IMG/VR virus record: IMGVR_UViG_3300022929_000029 | Coordinates: 1 to 57,282 of that record | Direction: 5' to 3' (one strand) | Source: a virus | Lineage: Duplodnaviria; Caudoviricetes | DNA length: 57,282 bases | In this document: positions 28,905-37,562 of the stretch, one piece after another | How the letters are laid out: each line of letters opens with the position of its first letter | How positions within the stretch are numbered: the first letter of the stretch is position 1 | Made by a program: the position numbers and the translations under genes | The notes under the pieces: generated by a model | Database searches by the model: none | What the model was told of the DNA's origin: nothing | The model's input: the letters and a program-made list of their open reading frames with translations, nothing else

Positions 28905-30427
28905 CTAACACCATATGGAAACTCTGCATCTTGTCCATCTGTAAGAGTAAGCATAGAAAACGAACCAGTATTTGTTAAACGTATTTCATTGCTTTGTACA
29001 AAAAGACTTCCAGTTCCGTTTTCAGTAATTAAAGAATTAGAACCATTATGTTGGATAGTTAAATCTTTATCTGTACCAAAATGAAGAGCAGCATTGTCTT
29101 CAAAAGTTGCGCTTGCTGAAATAGCAAGATTAGTTGCACTTACAATTCCAAATGACTGGTCAGCATTAAGGGCAAGAGTACCACTGGCAGTAATAGGATT
29201 AGTTGTAGTTGTACCATCAAGAGTTACATGGATACCTGTACCAGCTTTTACAAAGTTTACAGTACCACCTTGTTCCGAAGGAACATTAAATAGACCTGCA
29301 CCATTTCCATAGAAAATACCACCTGCAATAATATTACCTGCAGATACATCTCCTATAACTTTAATACCACCATCAACAGATACTTGACCACCTACAGTAA
29401 GTGTACCATTTGCCGAAACATTACCACTTACAAAAAGACTTGAAGCAGATACGTCACCGATATTAGCTGTACTTGTTTGTACTACACCACCATAGTTTAC
29501 AGTAATAGCATTTGTAGCATTAGTAGCTGAAGAAGCAAATACTGCAGATACTGCATTCGTAGCATTAGTAGCTGAAGCCGCAAAGCTTGCATTAGTTGCG
29601 CTTACAGCAAAGCTGGCACTGTCTGCACTTGTAGCAAAGGTTGCGCTAGATGCATGATGTGCGCTAACAGCTACGGCTGCTTCACCTGCAGATGCTGCAT
29701 AGCTTGCATTAGTTGCAGATGTTGCAACAATATTTGTAAGATTAGAACCATCACCGTAATAAGCAATAGCTGATACATCACCATTTACAGTAAGATTATT
29801 AATTGTAGCTACACTTGCAGCAATGTTAGTTGCGCTTACAATGCTTGTAGAAATATTTGTTGGTTGGAAAGAACCTTTAACTGTTAATTGACCACCTACA
29901 GATACATCAGTAGAAAAGCTACCAAACCCAGCATCAATATTCTGAGCATTAAGGTTTAATACAGTTATTGAAAATGTAGAACTAGTTGAAATTACACGAC
30001 CAGTTGAATCAATATTGAATATAGTAGTTGGTCCATATGTTGCAGAAGTTACACCGCTATCAGCTAGTGAGAATGTGGGATTGCCTGATGCTCCATTTGC
30101 ATTAGAAATACTTACACCAGTTGAAGCTGTAAGAGTACGTCCAAAAGATTCTGAGCCGTTTTGAGCAACAATACCATTTACAAAAGAACCAGCATTTGCT
30201 ACGGCTGTATTTAACTGTGAACCTGTTCCTGTAAACTGACTGCCCTGAATGTTAATAGTACCAGTTAACGCAACACCTGCTTGAGACAAAGCAAGTCCTG
30301 AGTTGTTACCAGAACCATCTTGAATAGTAATAGATTGTCCACTTGCAAGACCGTCATTATTAGGACCTGGTGCTTGTAAAAGATTTTTATAACTATCTGC
30401 TATTAATTTACCTGTTAAATCTGCCAT
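28901..30427 (-). CDS. Long tail fibre, N-terminal part (interrupted by a 1-nt frameshift)
   Basis: MADLTGKLIADSYKNLL start coupled to the upstream stop; SATNA repeats. Confidence 0.75.
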   Translation of the reverse strand: MADLTGKLIADSYKNLLQAPGPNNDGLASGQSITIQDGSGNNSGLALSQAGVALTGTINIQGSQFTGTGSQLNTAVANAGSFVNGIVAQNGSESFGRTLTASTGVSISNANGASGNPTFSLADSGVTSATYGPTTIFNIDSTGRVISTSSTFSITVLNLNAQNIDAGFGSFSTDVSVGGQLTVKGSFQPTNISTSIVSATNIAASVATINNLTVNGDVSAIAYYGDGSNLTNIVATSATNASYAASAGEAAVAVSAHHASSATFATSADSASFAVSATNASFAASATNATNAVSAVFASSATNATNAITVNYGGVVQTSTANIGDVSASSLFVSGNVSANGTLTVGGQVSVDGGIKVIGDVSAGNIIAGGIFYGNGAGLFNVPSEQGGTVNFVKAGTGIHVTLDGTTTTNPITASGTLALNADQSFGIVSATNLAISASATFEDNAALHFGTDKDLTIQHNGSNSLITENGTGSLFVQSNEIRLTNTGSFSMLTLTDGQDAEFPYGVR

Positions 30428-30705
30428 TATATCAAGTTCCAAAATTGAAGTGTTGCATTAAATGCTGTGGTTTGTGCGACCCAAGTACCATTACGGTCTG
30501 TGTTAGGGTCAGGGCGAATATCTTTAATCATATATCTTTCATCAATACGAGGTGATTTATTCTGAGGATGGTTTTTTAAATCATAACCAGCATCATAATC
30601 ATTATTACAAACCATTAAACCATAGCTGTTTTTCTTTAGCTGATTTAATTTATACCTAAACCCACATACATCACATAAACCATAAACATTCTTTCTAGAA
30701 GGCAT
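30427..30705 (-). CDS. Conserved small neck-associated protein with CxxC
   Basis: CDVCGFRY...GLMVC...D...HPQ...IRPD. Confidence 0.7.
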   Translation of the reverse strand: MPSRKNVYGLCDVCGFRYKLNQLKKNSYGLMVCNNDYDAGYDLKNHPQNKSPRIDERYMIKDIRPDPNTDRNGTWVAQTTAFNATLQFWNLI

Positions 30706-31376
30706 TATACCATAACCCTTGGTTTAATAAAAATACTTACACGTTCTCTATCTTCTTCCATAGCACGTGCAAGTCTTTCTTCATACTCTTGCTTTACCAT
30801 TTGAATACGACCACCATCAACTCCAGGCCGTTTCATTCCCATAAAGTATGCAAGACCTGCAGTTAGACAAGGTAAGAACCTACGAGATATGTCAGCATTT
30901 TGTGTAGCTGATTTGTCAACATCTTCCATATAACGTACAAGCTCAAGCTTAACTTCGTCTGTAGAATTTTCTGGAATAGGCCAAAGGTTAACAACTGGAT
31001 TGCTACGAGTATGACGAACTGCATATTGTGTGGGTCTGCCTACCTGACCTTTATTAGGTATCTTTAAATACTCTTGCATTGAAATACGTTCTAGTTGTGT
31101 ATCAGTATTATCACGATTAATTACGGCTTCAAGTACATCAATAGTAGCTGACGCAAGACTAAAGGTAGTTACACTTGTTGCAAGAGTAACTACAGAAGTA
31201 TTAGCAGTCCACAACATTACACCACGGTTCTGCCAATCCTGAAGAAGTAAGTTAATAGAACGCCTAGCAGACTTAGGTTCATGACCTAGTGTTTGCTCAC
31301 CGCCAATCATTTCCAAAGCTTCTTGGATTACCTCGTCAATGTCCATGCTAAAATTAAAAGTACCTGAAGTAGCCAT
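30705..31376 (-). CDS. Head-tail adaptor / tail tubular A-like protein
   Basis: MATSGT..F, ARRS.NLL..DW.NRG, GRPTQY and L..GLAY motifs. Confidence 0.65.
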   Translation of the reverse strand: MATSGTFNFSMDIDEVIQEALEMIGGEQTLGHEPKSARRSINLLLQDWQNRGVMLWTANTSVVTLATSVTTFSLASATIDVLEAVINRDNTDTQLERISMQEYLKIPNKGQVGRPTQYAVRHTRSNPVVNLWPIPENSTDEVKLELVRYMEDVDKSATQNADISRRFLPCLTAGLAYFMGMKRPGVDGGRIQMVKQEYEERLARAMEEDRERVSIFIKPRVMV

Positions 31377-31514
31377 TTAATATAACCTATTCTTTCTCTG
31401 CTTTGATCGGGCTGTATTCTTTCTGCCACTCATTCGTCCAGAAATCTTCTTCAATTTCCTTGTCGATCCTGGTTTCATAATCTGTTGACCAATTTTTCCA
31501 CGCCCTATAGCCAT
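31377..31514 (-). CDS. 45-aa basic peptide absent from the ORF track (MAIGRGKIGQQIMKPG...KNRLY)
   Basis: Fills the gap exactly between neighbours. N-terminus resembles the MCP N-terminus; C-terminal NRLY is shared with the upstream gene. Confidence 0.7.
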   Translation of the reverse strand: MAIGRGKIGQQIMKPGSTRKLKKISGRMSGRKNTARSKQRKNRLY

Positions 31515-31516
31515 TT

Positions 31517-31789
31517 TTAATAGAGCCTGTTATGTCCAGAAACACTTTTGATTGTTTTACGTTTTGCAATTTTACCGCCATATTTTTTAGATGTTGTTTT
31601 TTCAGACTCTAGTTTTTTACGGTAAGTTGCGCCATACTTAGAATCCCATTGGCTTTCACTTAATCCTTCTTGAGATGCTTTCTTATGTGACCACTTAGAA
31701 AACTCTGAAGCAGTCATATCATTCATAGACTTTTTAGGTTTAGGTGTTCCTTGTGGTCCTTCAAGCATCATATCATCTGGTGACTGCAT
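31517..31789 (-). CDS. Small basic protein ending KKYGGKI...GHNRLY
   Basis: GGGAG RBS; tight packing. Confidence 0.7.
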   Translation of the reverse strand: MQSPDDMMLEGPQGTPKPKKSMNDMTASEFSKWSHKKASQEGLSESQWDSKYGATYRKKLESEKTTSKKYGGKIAKRKTIKSVSGHNRLY

Positions 31790-31800
31790 TTTAATCTCCC

Positions 31801-32154
31801 TTACGCTTTACCATATTTTTTATGTTTTTGACTTTTTGGAGGAGATTTTTTAGAACCACCTTTAGTCCACAAAGCTTTGTCAGCCCAGTATGCAGCAGAC
31901 ATTTTACCCTTCGCAATGTTTTTTGCATGGCGACTTTTAAATGAACGCCGAGCAGTATCGGAGTAGTTGTGACCCATAGACGAATCGCCATAATGTATAA
32001 GTCTAACTTTGTCACCTTCTTTAGCCAAGACCATACCCTTTTTACCTGCTCTATCAGATTTTCTAGGCTTATTAAAACCAGCAAATTTTTTACCACGATA
32101 CTCAATTCCTCCTGATGGTAAGCGTTTAACGCCTGGATACTTTCCTACTGTCAT
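31801..32154 (-). CDS. Conserved basic protein
   Basis: FNKP...KK..VLAKEG..V.LI.YG...RRSFK.RH...SAAYWA...W. Confidence 0.75.
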   Translation of the reverse strand: MTVGKYPGVKRLPSGGIEYRGKKFAGFNKPRKSDRAGKKGMVLAKEGDKVRLIHYGDSSMGHNYSDTARRSFKSRHAKNIAKGKMSAAYWADKALWTKGGSKKSPPKSQKHKKYGKA

Positions 32155-32411
32155 TATGCCTTCCTATACTTTCTAACTTTTTTAGCTATAGCTTTAGGTT
32201 GTTTAACATATTGTTTTCCAGCCTTGCGTCCTTTTCTTTTAGCTGCCGAAGTCTTAGCATATTCTTTTGCGGATAACGCTTTGATAGCTTTTTCTGGTAA
32301 GTAACGCTCACCTGTTGCTTTTGAACCTTGCGTGGATGGATTACCACTCTTGGTTCTCCATTTTTTCCTTGTCCAATTTTTTAAACTTTTTTGTGATGCA
32401 GCTAATCCCAT
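32154..32411 (-). CDS. Basic protein, DUF5872-like C-terminal half
   Basis: SQKSLK.WT..KWRTKSG...ERYLP..A...L...K..G...GKQYVKQP. Confidence 0.7.
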   Translation of the reverse strand: MGLAASQKSLKNWTRKKWRTKSGNPSTQGSKATGERYLPEKAIKALSAKEYAKTSAAKRKGRKAGKQYVKQPKAIAKKVRKYRKA

Positions 32412-32423
32412 TTAACATTCCTT

Positions 32424-32452
32424 ATTATATCACCTTATATTTATATATACAA
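32424..32452 (-). promoter_or_regulatory. Late-arm sigma70-type promoter
   Basis: TTGTAT-N17-TATAAT with TG extension. Confidence 0.6.
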
Positions 32453-32456
32453 TCAT

Positions 32457-32945
32457 TTAGTAGGCAGCTCTAGGAAAAAGAACTATAGCTAAAAACAATA
32501 AACCTATTAATGCTCCAACAATAATACTAACAATTGAAGTTACTTTAATATTGTGCATCATTTCTTCTTGAGCAATCCTAGCTTCACGTTTTCTTTTTAG
32601 TTCTGCTTCTTTAGCCTCTTGTATTCTTTTAGCACGTTCATCTATAATACCCTGCCAAGTTCCATGACCAAAACGCATATCAATAAGCTGTTTCATTTCT
32701 GCCATTTTTTCTTGTGCTAACTTAGCGTCAATAACCTCTTGTGCTACAGACTTAATACCAAATTGATCACCAAGACTTACCCCAGATTTTTTAGCACGTT
32801 GCTGTTGTATTTGTTTTTCACCCTCAAATAGGTGATCAACATATCCAGCAATTTCACCAATATCTTTAGCTGTACCAATAGCAGATTTAATACCGTCTAC
32901 TGCACTTTTTACTAATGCTATACCCGCTAATGTTTCCGCAATCAT
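32457..32945 (-). CDS. Coiled-coil protein with C-terminal TM helix
   Basis: Hydrophobic C-terminus IVSIIVGALIGLLFLAIVLF. Confidence 0.75.
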   Translation of the reverse strand: MIAETLAGIALVKSAVDGIKSAIGTAKDIGEIAGYVDHLFEGEKQIQQQRAKKSGVSLGDQFGIKSVAQEVIDAKLAQEKMAEMKQLIDMRFGHGTWQGIIDERAKRIQEAKEAELKRKREARIAQEEMMHNIKVTSIVSIIVGALIGLLFLAIVLFPRAAY

Positions 32946-32946
32946 C

Positions 32947-33061
32947 TTATCTTCCTAACTTAGGTATTGGTTTACATATAGCGGTTATATTTAATCTTTT
33001 ACTATCCCCCGCCGGAACAGGTCTTTGGTTTGATAACCTTTCTGCAAAGTATAAACATCTA
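32947..33061 (-). pseudogene. Possible 5'-truncated gene remnant (...RCLYFAERLSNQ...ITAICKP...)
   Basis: Protein-like 37 codons fill the gap with no start codon after the upstream stop. Confidence 0.35.
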
Positions 33062-33406
33062 TCACGTTTTATAACCACCACCTGCTTTTTTATATTCAGT
33101 AGCAAGAAGTTGTGCTTTACGTGCTGACCATTGACCAGCCGCACCACCCTTAGTACCCGCTTTAATTTTTTCAAATAATCGTTTACGCATAGTAGGTTTG
33201 GTATAGTTACCTGCTTTATTAACAGTAGATTTTGTTTTAGGCTTGACAGGTCTGCCACCTAACTTAGCAGTAGCAGTTTTAGATTTAGACTTACCAGCTT
33301 TAGACAAGGCAATGGCTATGGCCTGTTTGCGTGGCTTTCCAGACTTTATTTCTGTACGTATATTACTGCTAATTGTTTTAGATGACTTACCAGATTTAAG
33401 TGCCAT
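33062..33406 (-). CDS. Basic protein: MALKSGKS module fused to a DUF5872-like N-terminal half
   Basis: ISSNIRTE..SGKPRKQAIAIAL plus YTKP..RKRL...IKAG.KGG..GQWSARKAQLLA.EYKK.GGGY. Confidence 0.75.
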   Translation of the reverse strand: MALKSGKSSKTISSNIRTEIKSGKPRKQAIAIALSKAGKSKSKTATAKLGGRPVKPKTKSTVNKAGNYTKPTMRKRLFEKIKAGTKGGAAGQWSARKAQLLATEYKKAGGGYKT

Positions 33407-33408
33407 TG

Positions 33409-33762
33409 TTATGGCCTCCGTAAAAATCGTTTTGCTCTAGCACTCTTAGGTTTATAGGGTCTTTTTAATGTACCTAACTTAACTTTTTTAGTTTTTGTTG
33501 GTGTATACGAAGCATCTTTTTGTGGTGTGTCATATAAAGATGTGCTATAAGGGTTAGGCACTGTAATAGTACGCTCTTGACGCCTACCACGTTTTTTATA
33601 ACCCATTTTACCACCTACAGATTTCTTCATAATTTTACCACCGTAAGCATAACCCATTTCGTCAAAGTCTTCATCAAGAAGAAACTTATCGTTTTGAGCA
33701 GCTTCGATTTCTTTCATAAGTTCTTCGTACTCACGATCCTCTTTAGATTTTTTATCAGTCAT
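33409..33762 (-). CDS. Protein with acidic N-terminus, two GG motifs and basic C-terminus
   Basis: TAATG coupling at 33762. Confidence 0.65.
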   Translation of the reverse strand: MTDKKSKEDREYEELMKEIEAAQNDKFLLDEDFDEMGYAYGGKIMKKSVGGKMGYKKRGRRQERTITVPNPYSTSLYDTPQKDASYTPTKTKKVKLGTLKRPYKPKSARAKRFLRRP

Positions 33763-34361
33763 TATGATTTCCTTACTGCACCAAAGCCTTTCATAGCTGC
33801 GCCACAACCCATGCCGCCGCCACCTGCACGTTTAACCATTTTACCACCATAAGACTTGTCAGCACGAAAACGTGAACGCATTTCGTCAAGCTTTTTATTC
33901 ATAGCTTTAGTAGCTGGTTTAATTGAAGCAGACTTAGCAGCCTTAGACTTAGCAGCTTTAGCTTTCATATCTGGCTTAGACTTTGGAAGTGACATCATAG
34001 CTTTTGCCTTAGTCATGCCAGGTGTGGCAGAACTTTTAGCCGCCCTTGTAGCTTTAGCTTTTTTAGGTGTGGGTGTAGTTTCTGCTCCTGCTTTCATTTT
34101 AGCACGAACACCACGTGTATATGATTCACCAGCACCACGCATCATATTCATTTCAGTTTGTGATGTACGACCATATGGACCTTGTGATCCTTTGTTGTCA
34201 CCTTTTTTAGCTGCAGGAATATTTAGTTTCTGATCAATTCTAATTTTGTTTACATCTTTAAGATTTGGATTTGCAGAAATAATATCCTGTATACGTACAC
34301 CGTACTTTGCAGCAATATCAGATACTGTATCACCTTTACTCACTGTATGTTTTTTAGCCAT
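33762..34361 (-). CDS. LysM-domain protein with Lys/Ala-rich tail
   Basis: HTVSKGDTVSDIAAKYGV...I..AN..L.....I..DQKLNIP is a canonical LysM. Confidence 0.8.
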   Translation of the reverse strand: MAKKHTVSKGDTVSDIAAKYGVRIQDIISANPNLKDVNKIRIDQKLNIPAAKKGDNKGSQGPYGRTSQTEMNMMRGAGESYTRGVRAKMKAGAETTPTPKKAKATRAAKSSATPGMTKAKAMMSLPKSKPDMKAKAAKSKAAKSASIKPATKAMNKKLDEMRSRFRADKSYGGKMVKRAGGGGMGCGAAMKGFGAVRKS

Positions 34362-34362
34362 T

Positions 34363-35025
34363 TTAATTTGCTCCTATTCGTAAGTTGTTGTCTGCACCTG
34401 CAGGACTTGCTGGCATTTCCATATCGTCTCTACGAGTACGTCTTGCCTGATTTTGTAATGTCTGTAATGATTGAGCGTAGCGTTGTTCAAACAACTGCGC
34501 CGTTGGATAGTCTTTCATAAACATCATTGCCTCTACCATTGAAGCATTAAACAAAGCATCATAGCAGAAATCTGAAAAATAATTATTTGGTGTAGCTGTA
34601 GTTAAGGCTACTGGTTTATCAACATGAACAATTTCTGCATCATATGTAGCATTTGTTGTTGGTGCAATCATAATTGTTGTGTTGTCTCTACGTGCATAGT
34701 AAACAGGAATGTCAGTTGTACTAGTCGCATCAGGCCAATAGTCATTAATAAACTCATCTGTTCTTTGTAAGATAGGGGATTTACCAGATGCTCCAAGTGT
34801 TACTGTAAAGTTTTTAATAACACGAGTTCCGACAGGAAGTGTAATAATATTATTGTTTGCAGAGATTGCAACTGAGGTATAGGTGACTAATCCGTAATCA
34901 TCTAGATCACGTGTCATACGCTCTTCAGCCCTATTAACCATTTTGGGAATATAGTTCTGGAACTCTGTGCCATCGTTTTCACAGGCTTGGGTAATATCGT
35001 CTACAAGATAAAGATAACTAGCCAT
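34363..35025 (-). CDS. Head-tail connector / adaptor protein
   Basis: AE.RM.RDL, P.YYA, APT and L.ASMVEA..FMK motifs; follows the capsid genes. Confidence 0.65.
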   Translation of the reverse strand: MASYLYLVDDITQACENDGTEFQNYIPKMVNRAEERMTRDLDDYGLVTYTSVAISANNNIITLPVGTRVIKNFTVTLGASGKSPILQRTDEFINDYWPDATSTTDIPVYYARRDNTTIMIAPTTNATYDAEIVHVDKPVALTTATPNNYFSDFCYDALFNASMVEAMMFMKDYPTAQLFEQRYAQSLQTLQNQARRTRRDDMEMPASPAGADNNLRIGAN

Positions 35026-35323
35026 AGTAAATAGCTACAGTCGCTGCAGATGAAGGGGCAGAAACTTTTACAGGACCATATACTTTAATACCAAAATCAG
35101 GAACGTAAATATCACCTGCATCTACAACAGTTGTTGCAACAAATTTAATATTGTTACCATTGACATTTCCGTATGCGTCTGTTTGATTTCCAGTAATAGT
35201 AAATGTTCCTACACCAGAATATGTAATTCCTTTAATACGTGTATCGGTTACTGTAGTACCAGTTGTCGTATCTAATACGGCACCACTACCAGTAACAAAA
35301 CCTTGTTTAATATTTGTAGCCAT
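35018..35323 (-). CDS. Small virion structural protein
   Basis: GAGG RBS; beta-rich; follows the MCP. Confidence 0.65.
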   Translation of the reverse strand: MATNIKQGFVTGSGAVLDTTTGTTVTDTRIKGITYSGVGTFTITGNQTDAYGNVNGNNIKFVATTVVDAGDIYVPDFGIKVYGPVKVSAPSSAATVAIYYG

Positions 35324-35377
35324 GTTTTCCTCATTGTTAATTAGTTAGTTGTTTATGGACTATTGACTATATTATAC

Positions 35378-35413
35378 ACAAAAAAAGAGGGATATGAAAG
35401 CCACACCCCTCTA
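35378..35413 (-). terminator. Rho-independent terminator after the MCP gene
   Basis: AGAGGG...CCCTCT stem followed by a T run on the - strand; T-rich on the + side as well. Confidence 0.65.
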
Positions 35414-35439
35414 ATTTTTATTTTTTTATTGGTTAGACC

Positions 35440-36381
35440 TTACGCTCCTTCGGAACCGTAGAAGCCACGCCAATCTGACCAACCGAAGCTGTAACGCTCA
35501 CGAGCCTTAAACCGAAGGTTGCCAGTGTCGAAGTCTGGCTCCATCTTGGTTTGCAGAGGCGCACGAACAAACATCTTGGCACCGTTAGGACAATCAGTCT
35601 TAATGAACCAAGCATCAGTGTCTGTAAAGCGGCGGTTCACGTAGAAGCCACCAGGTACAAGACCCTGATTACGGATTGAGTTAATGTCATTAACATTAGT
35701 CGCACCGTTTGCTGCAGTTGTTGGGTTTACCCCAATGGTTGTTGACATTGTGCTGTTCAGGATCTGGTCAGCAGTAAATGCGAGGTCTGATGGAATGTGC
35801 AAAGACTTAGCTTGCAGACCAATCAGAATACCACGATCATCTTTTGCTTTTGAGATCTGGATCAGTGCAGCTTCAAGGGCAGCTTCTGACAAGTCAGTAG
35901 CACCAATGTAGTTTGACTGATTTCCAGCACCAATGGTTGCGTGTGAAGCAGAGAACAATTCTACACCGTCACCACCTACGTAAGCATTGTTGAAGCCGTT
36001 ATTGAAAACGTCTGCAGCTTTTACTTGCTTGGTGTTCGCCATTGCACGTGCTAGACCTCTTGCACGAAGCTTCGCAAAGGTATCGTACAGGTTGTCTTCC
36101 ATTGCTTCTTCAGTAACCGCAAAGGCCAAAGCAATGGTTTCATGTGTGTAACGAGCAGTGTAGCTCTCTTGTGCATCGTCATAGGATACAGCGGCACCTT
36201 CACCTTTAGTAGGTGCAGTACCAAATCCTGTAAACAATACTTCTTCTTCAAATGCACGATCTGAGTTTTCAGTCTCAAACAACGGTGCATGTTCGTCACT
36301 AACTTCTCCATACTCCATACCGAAAACGGCATTGAGGCCGGGGAGAAGCTCTTTCGCAATACTTGCTCTATTAATAGCCAT
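35440..36381 (-). CDS. Major capsid protein
   Basis: MAINRASIAKELLPGLNAVFG.EY, EEA.EDNLY and KARERYSFGWSDWRG pattern of this MCP family; GGGAG RBS and strong codon bias. Confidence 0.85.
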   Translation of the reverse strand: MAINRASIAKELLPGLNAVFGMEYGEVSDEHAPLFETENSDRAFEEEVLFTGFGTAPTKGEGAAVSYDDAQESYTARYTHETIALAFAVTEEAMEDNLYDTFAKLRARGLARAMANTKQVKAADVFNNGFNNAYVGGDGVELFSASHATIGAGNQSNYIGATDLSEAALEAALIQISKAKDDRGILIGLQAKSLHIPSDLAFTADQILNSTMSTTIGVNPTTAANGATNVNDINSIRNQGLVPGGFYVNRRFTDTDAWFIKTDCPNGAKMFVRAPLQTKMEPDFDTGNLRFKARERYSFGWSDWRGFYGSEGA

Positions 36382-36397
36382 GATTTAATCTCCCTTA

Positions 36398-37012
36398 TTA
36401 ACCTAGTAGGTAAGCTGTGATTGTTGCTGGTGCAGAAACAGCGGCAGTTAAGAAGTTATCTGTATGCTGAATGAGTTGTACATTCAACTTAAGATAAGCA
36501 TTTTCATTAACATTAGCTACATCGTTACCTGGCTCGTCTACTGAATCCAGAGGACGGCACATTGCGATACCAGTGGTGCGAGTAGCAGCAGCGATACCGT
36601 GACCTGATTGTCCTGTAAAGGTAGAACCTGTTCCAAGTGTTACAGCAAAGTTTTGAGAACCGTGAAGATCACCAGCAGTTACAGATGCATCTGCTTGTAC
36701 TTCAAACACGGCACGAGAATCGTCAGCGATCATGGCTACTGCGTCTGTAGCTGATGTGCCTGAAGGCCAGTACTTACTGAACTTCTGCTCACCGTTAGCT
36801 ACGTAACGACATCCCATGAATACACCCTGAACGACTTCGGTTACAGTCGTAATGACTTCAACATTCCCTGCATTAATACGGACAAGATCGCCCGAAAAAA
36901 TGTTTGCGGCGTAACCTGAAGCGATTGGGTACTCATTTTGCCCATCGTTGTTCATGTTACCGCCACGTTTGCGAGAAGGTCGGAAGCCTGACAATGCTAG
37001 TGTTGCAGTCAT
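36398..37012 (-). CDS. Capsid-associated (decoration/minor capsid) protein
   Basis: Immediately upstream of the MCP; Y.IASG....IF.GDLV and GVF.GC.Y motifs. Confidence 0.6.
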   Translation of the reverse strand: MTATLALSGFRPSRKRGGNMNNDGQNEYPIASGYAANIFSGDLVRINAGNVEVITTVTEVVQGVFMGCRYVANGEQKFSKYWPSGTSATDAVAMIADDSRAVFEVQADASVTAGDLHGSQNFAVTLGTGSTFTGQSGHGIAAATRTTGIAMCRPLDSVDEPGNDVANVNENAYLKLNVQLIQHTDNFLTAAVSAPATITAYLLG

Positions 37013-37066
37013 ATTTTTTCTCCCATTAAATTAAATGACACTACTAGTTACCGACCCTGTTCAAGA

Positions 37067-37561
37067 TTAGTCTTGAAACTTTGAAGGCCGACCTCTAGTA
37101 ACTTGTGTTTTACTATTATTACGAATCGGCATACGTGAATCACTTGAGTTCATTAGCTGGGCATTAACTGCGTCAACCATTTCCTTACTTTGATTCTGAT
37201 AATATGCCTTACGGCTTTGGGCTTTACGCAACGGCATCTTTGCCAATGCTAGGTCTCCACGACAGACCGTGCCTTCATACCGTCCTTCTTCTCTCACGAA
37301 AGAAGAATGAGCCATCTCTGGAACTTCATCTACAGTAACAAATTCCCAACCTTCGGCCTGACGTTTGCCTACGTTTCGATAATCATCCTGATTCCGTGAT
37401 AAGATCCTAATCCACCGTAGCTTTAAGCCTTGGTCAATAAAACGATGCTCAACTGATTCAGGAATATCAAGAAGGTTTGGTTCCCTATATTCATAGTCAT
37501 CTTGTTCTCTAGAATTGAGTTCACGAGACTCCTCACTACGTGATATTGTTGTTCGTGCCAT
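37067..37561 (-). CDS. Conserved head-module protein
   Basis: GGAGG RBS before ATG37561; RWIR...EGWEFV...L.LAKMP motif. Confidence 0.7.
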   Translation of the reverse strand: MARTTISRSEESRELNSREQDDYEYREPNLLDIPESVEHRFIDQGLKLRWIRILSRNQDDYRNVGKRQAEGWEFVTVDEVPEMAHSSFVREEGRYEGTVCRGDLALAKMPLRKAQSRKAYYQNQSKEMVDAVNAQLMNSSDSRMPIRNNSKTQVTRGRPSKFQD

Positions 37562-37562
37562 G

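Noticed and set aside
28901-28912. Stop-codon reassignment or readthrough
   Set aside because: The two fibre parts are in different frames, and TAA, TAG and TGA all terminate well-defined genes elsewhere.
31387-31581. ORF-track 64-aa ORF
   Set aside because: Overlaps the upstream gene; the alternative frame 31377-31514 fits the gap exactly and shares motifs with neighbours.
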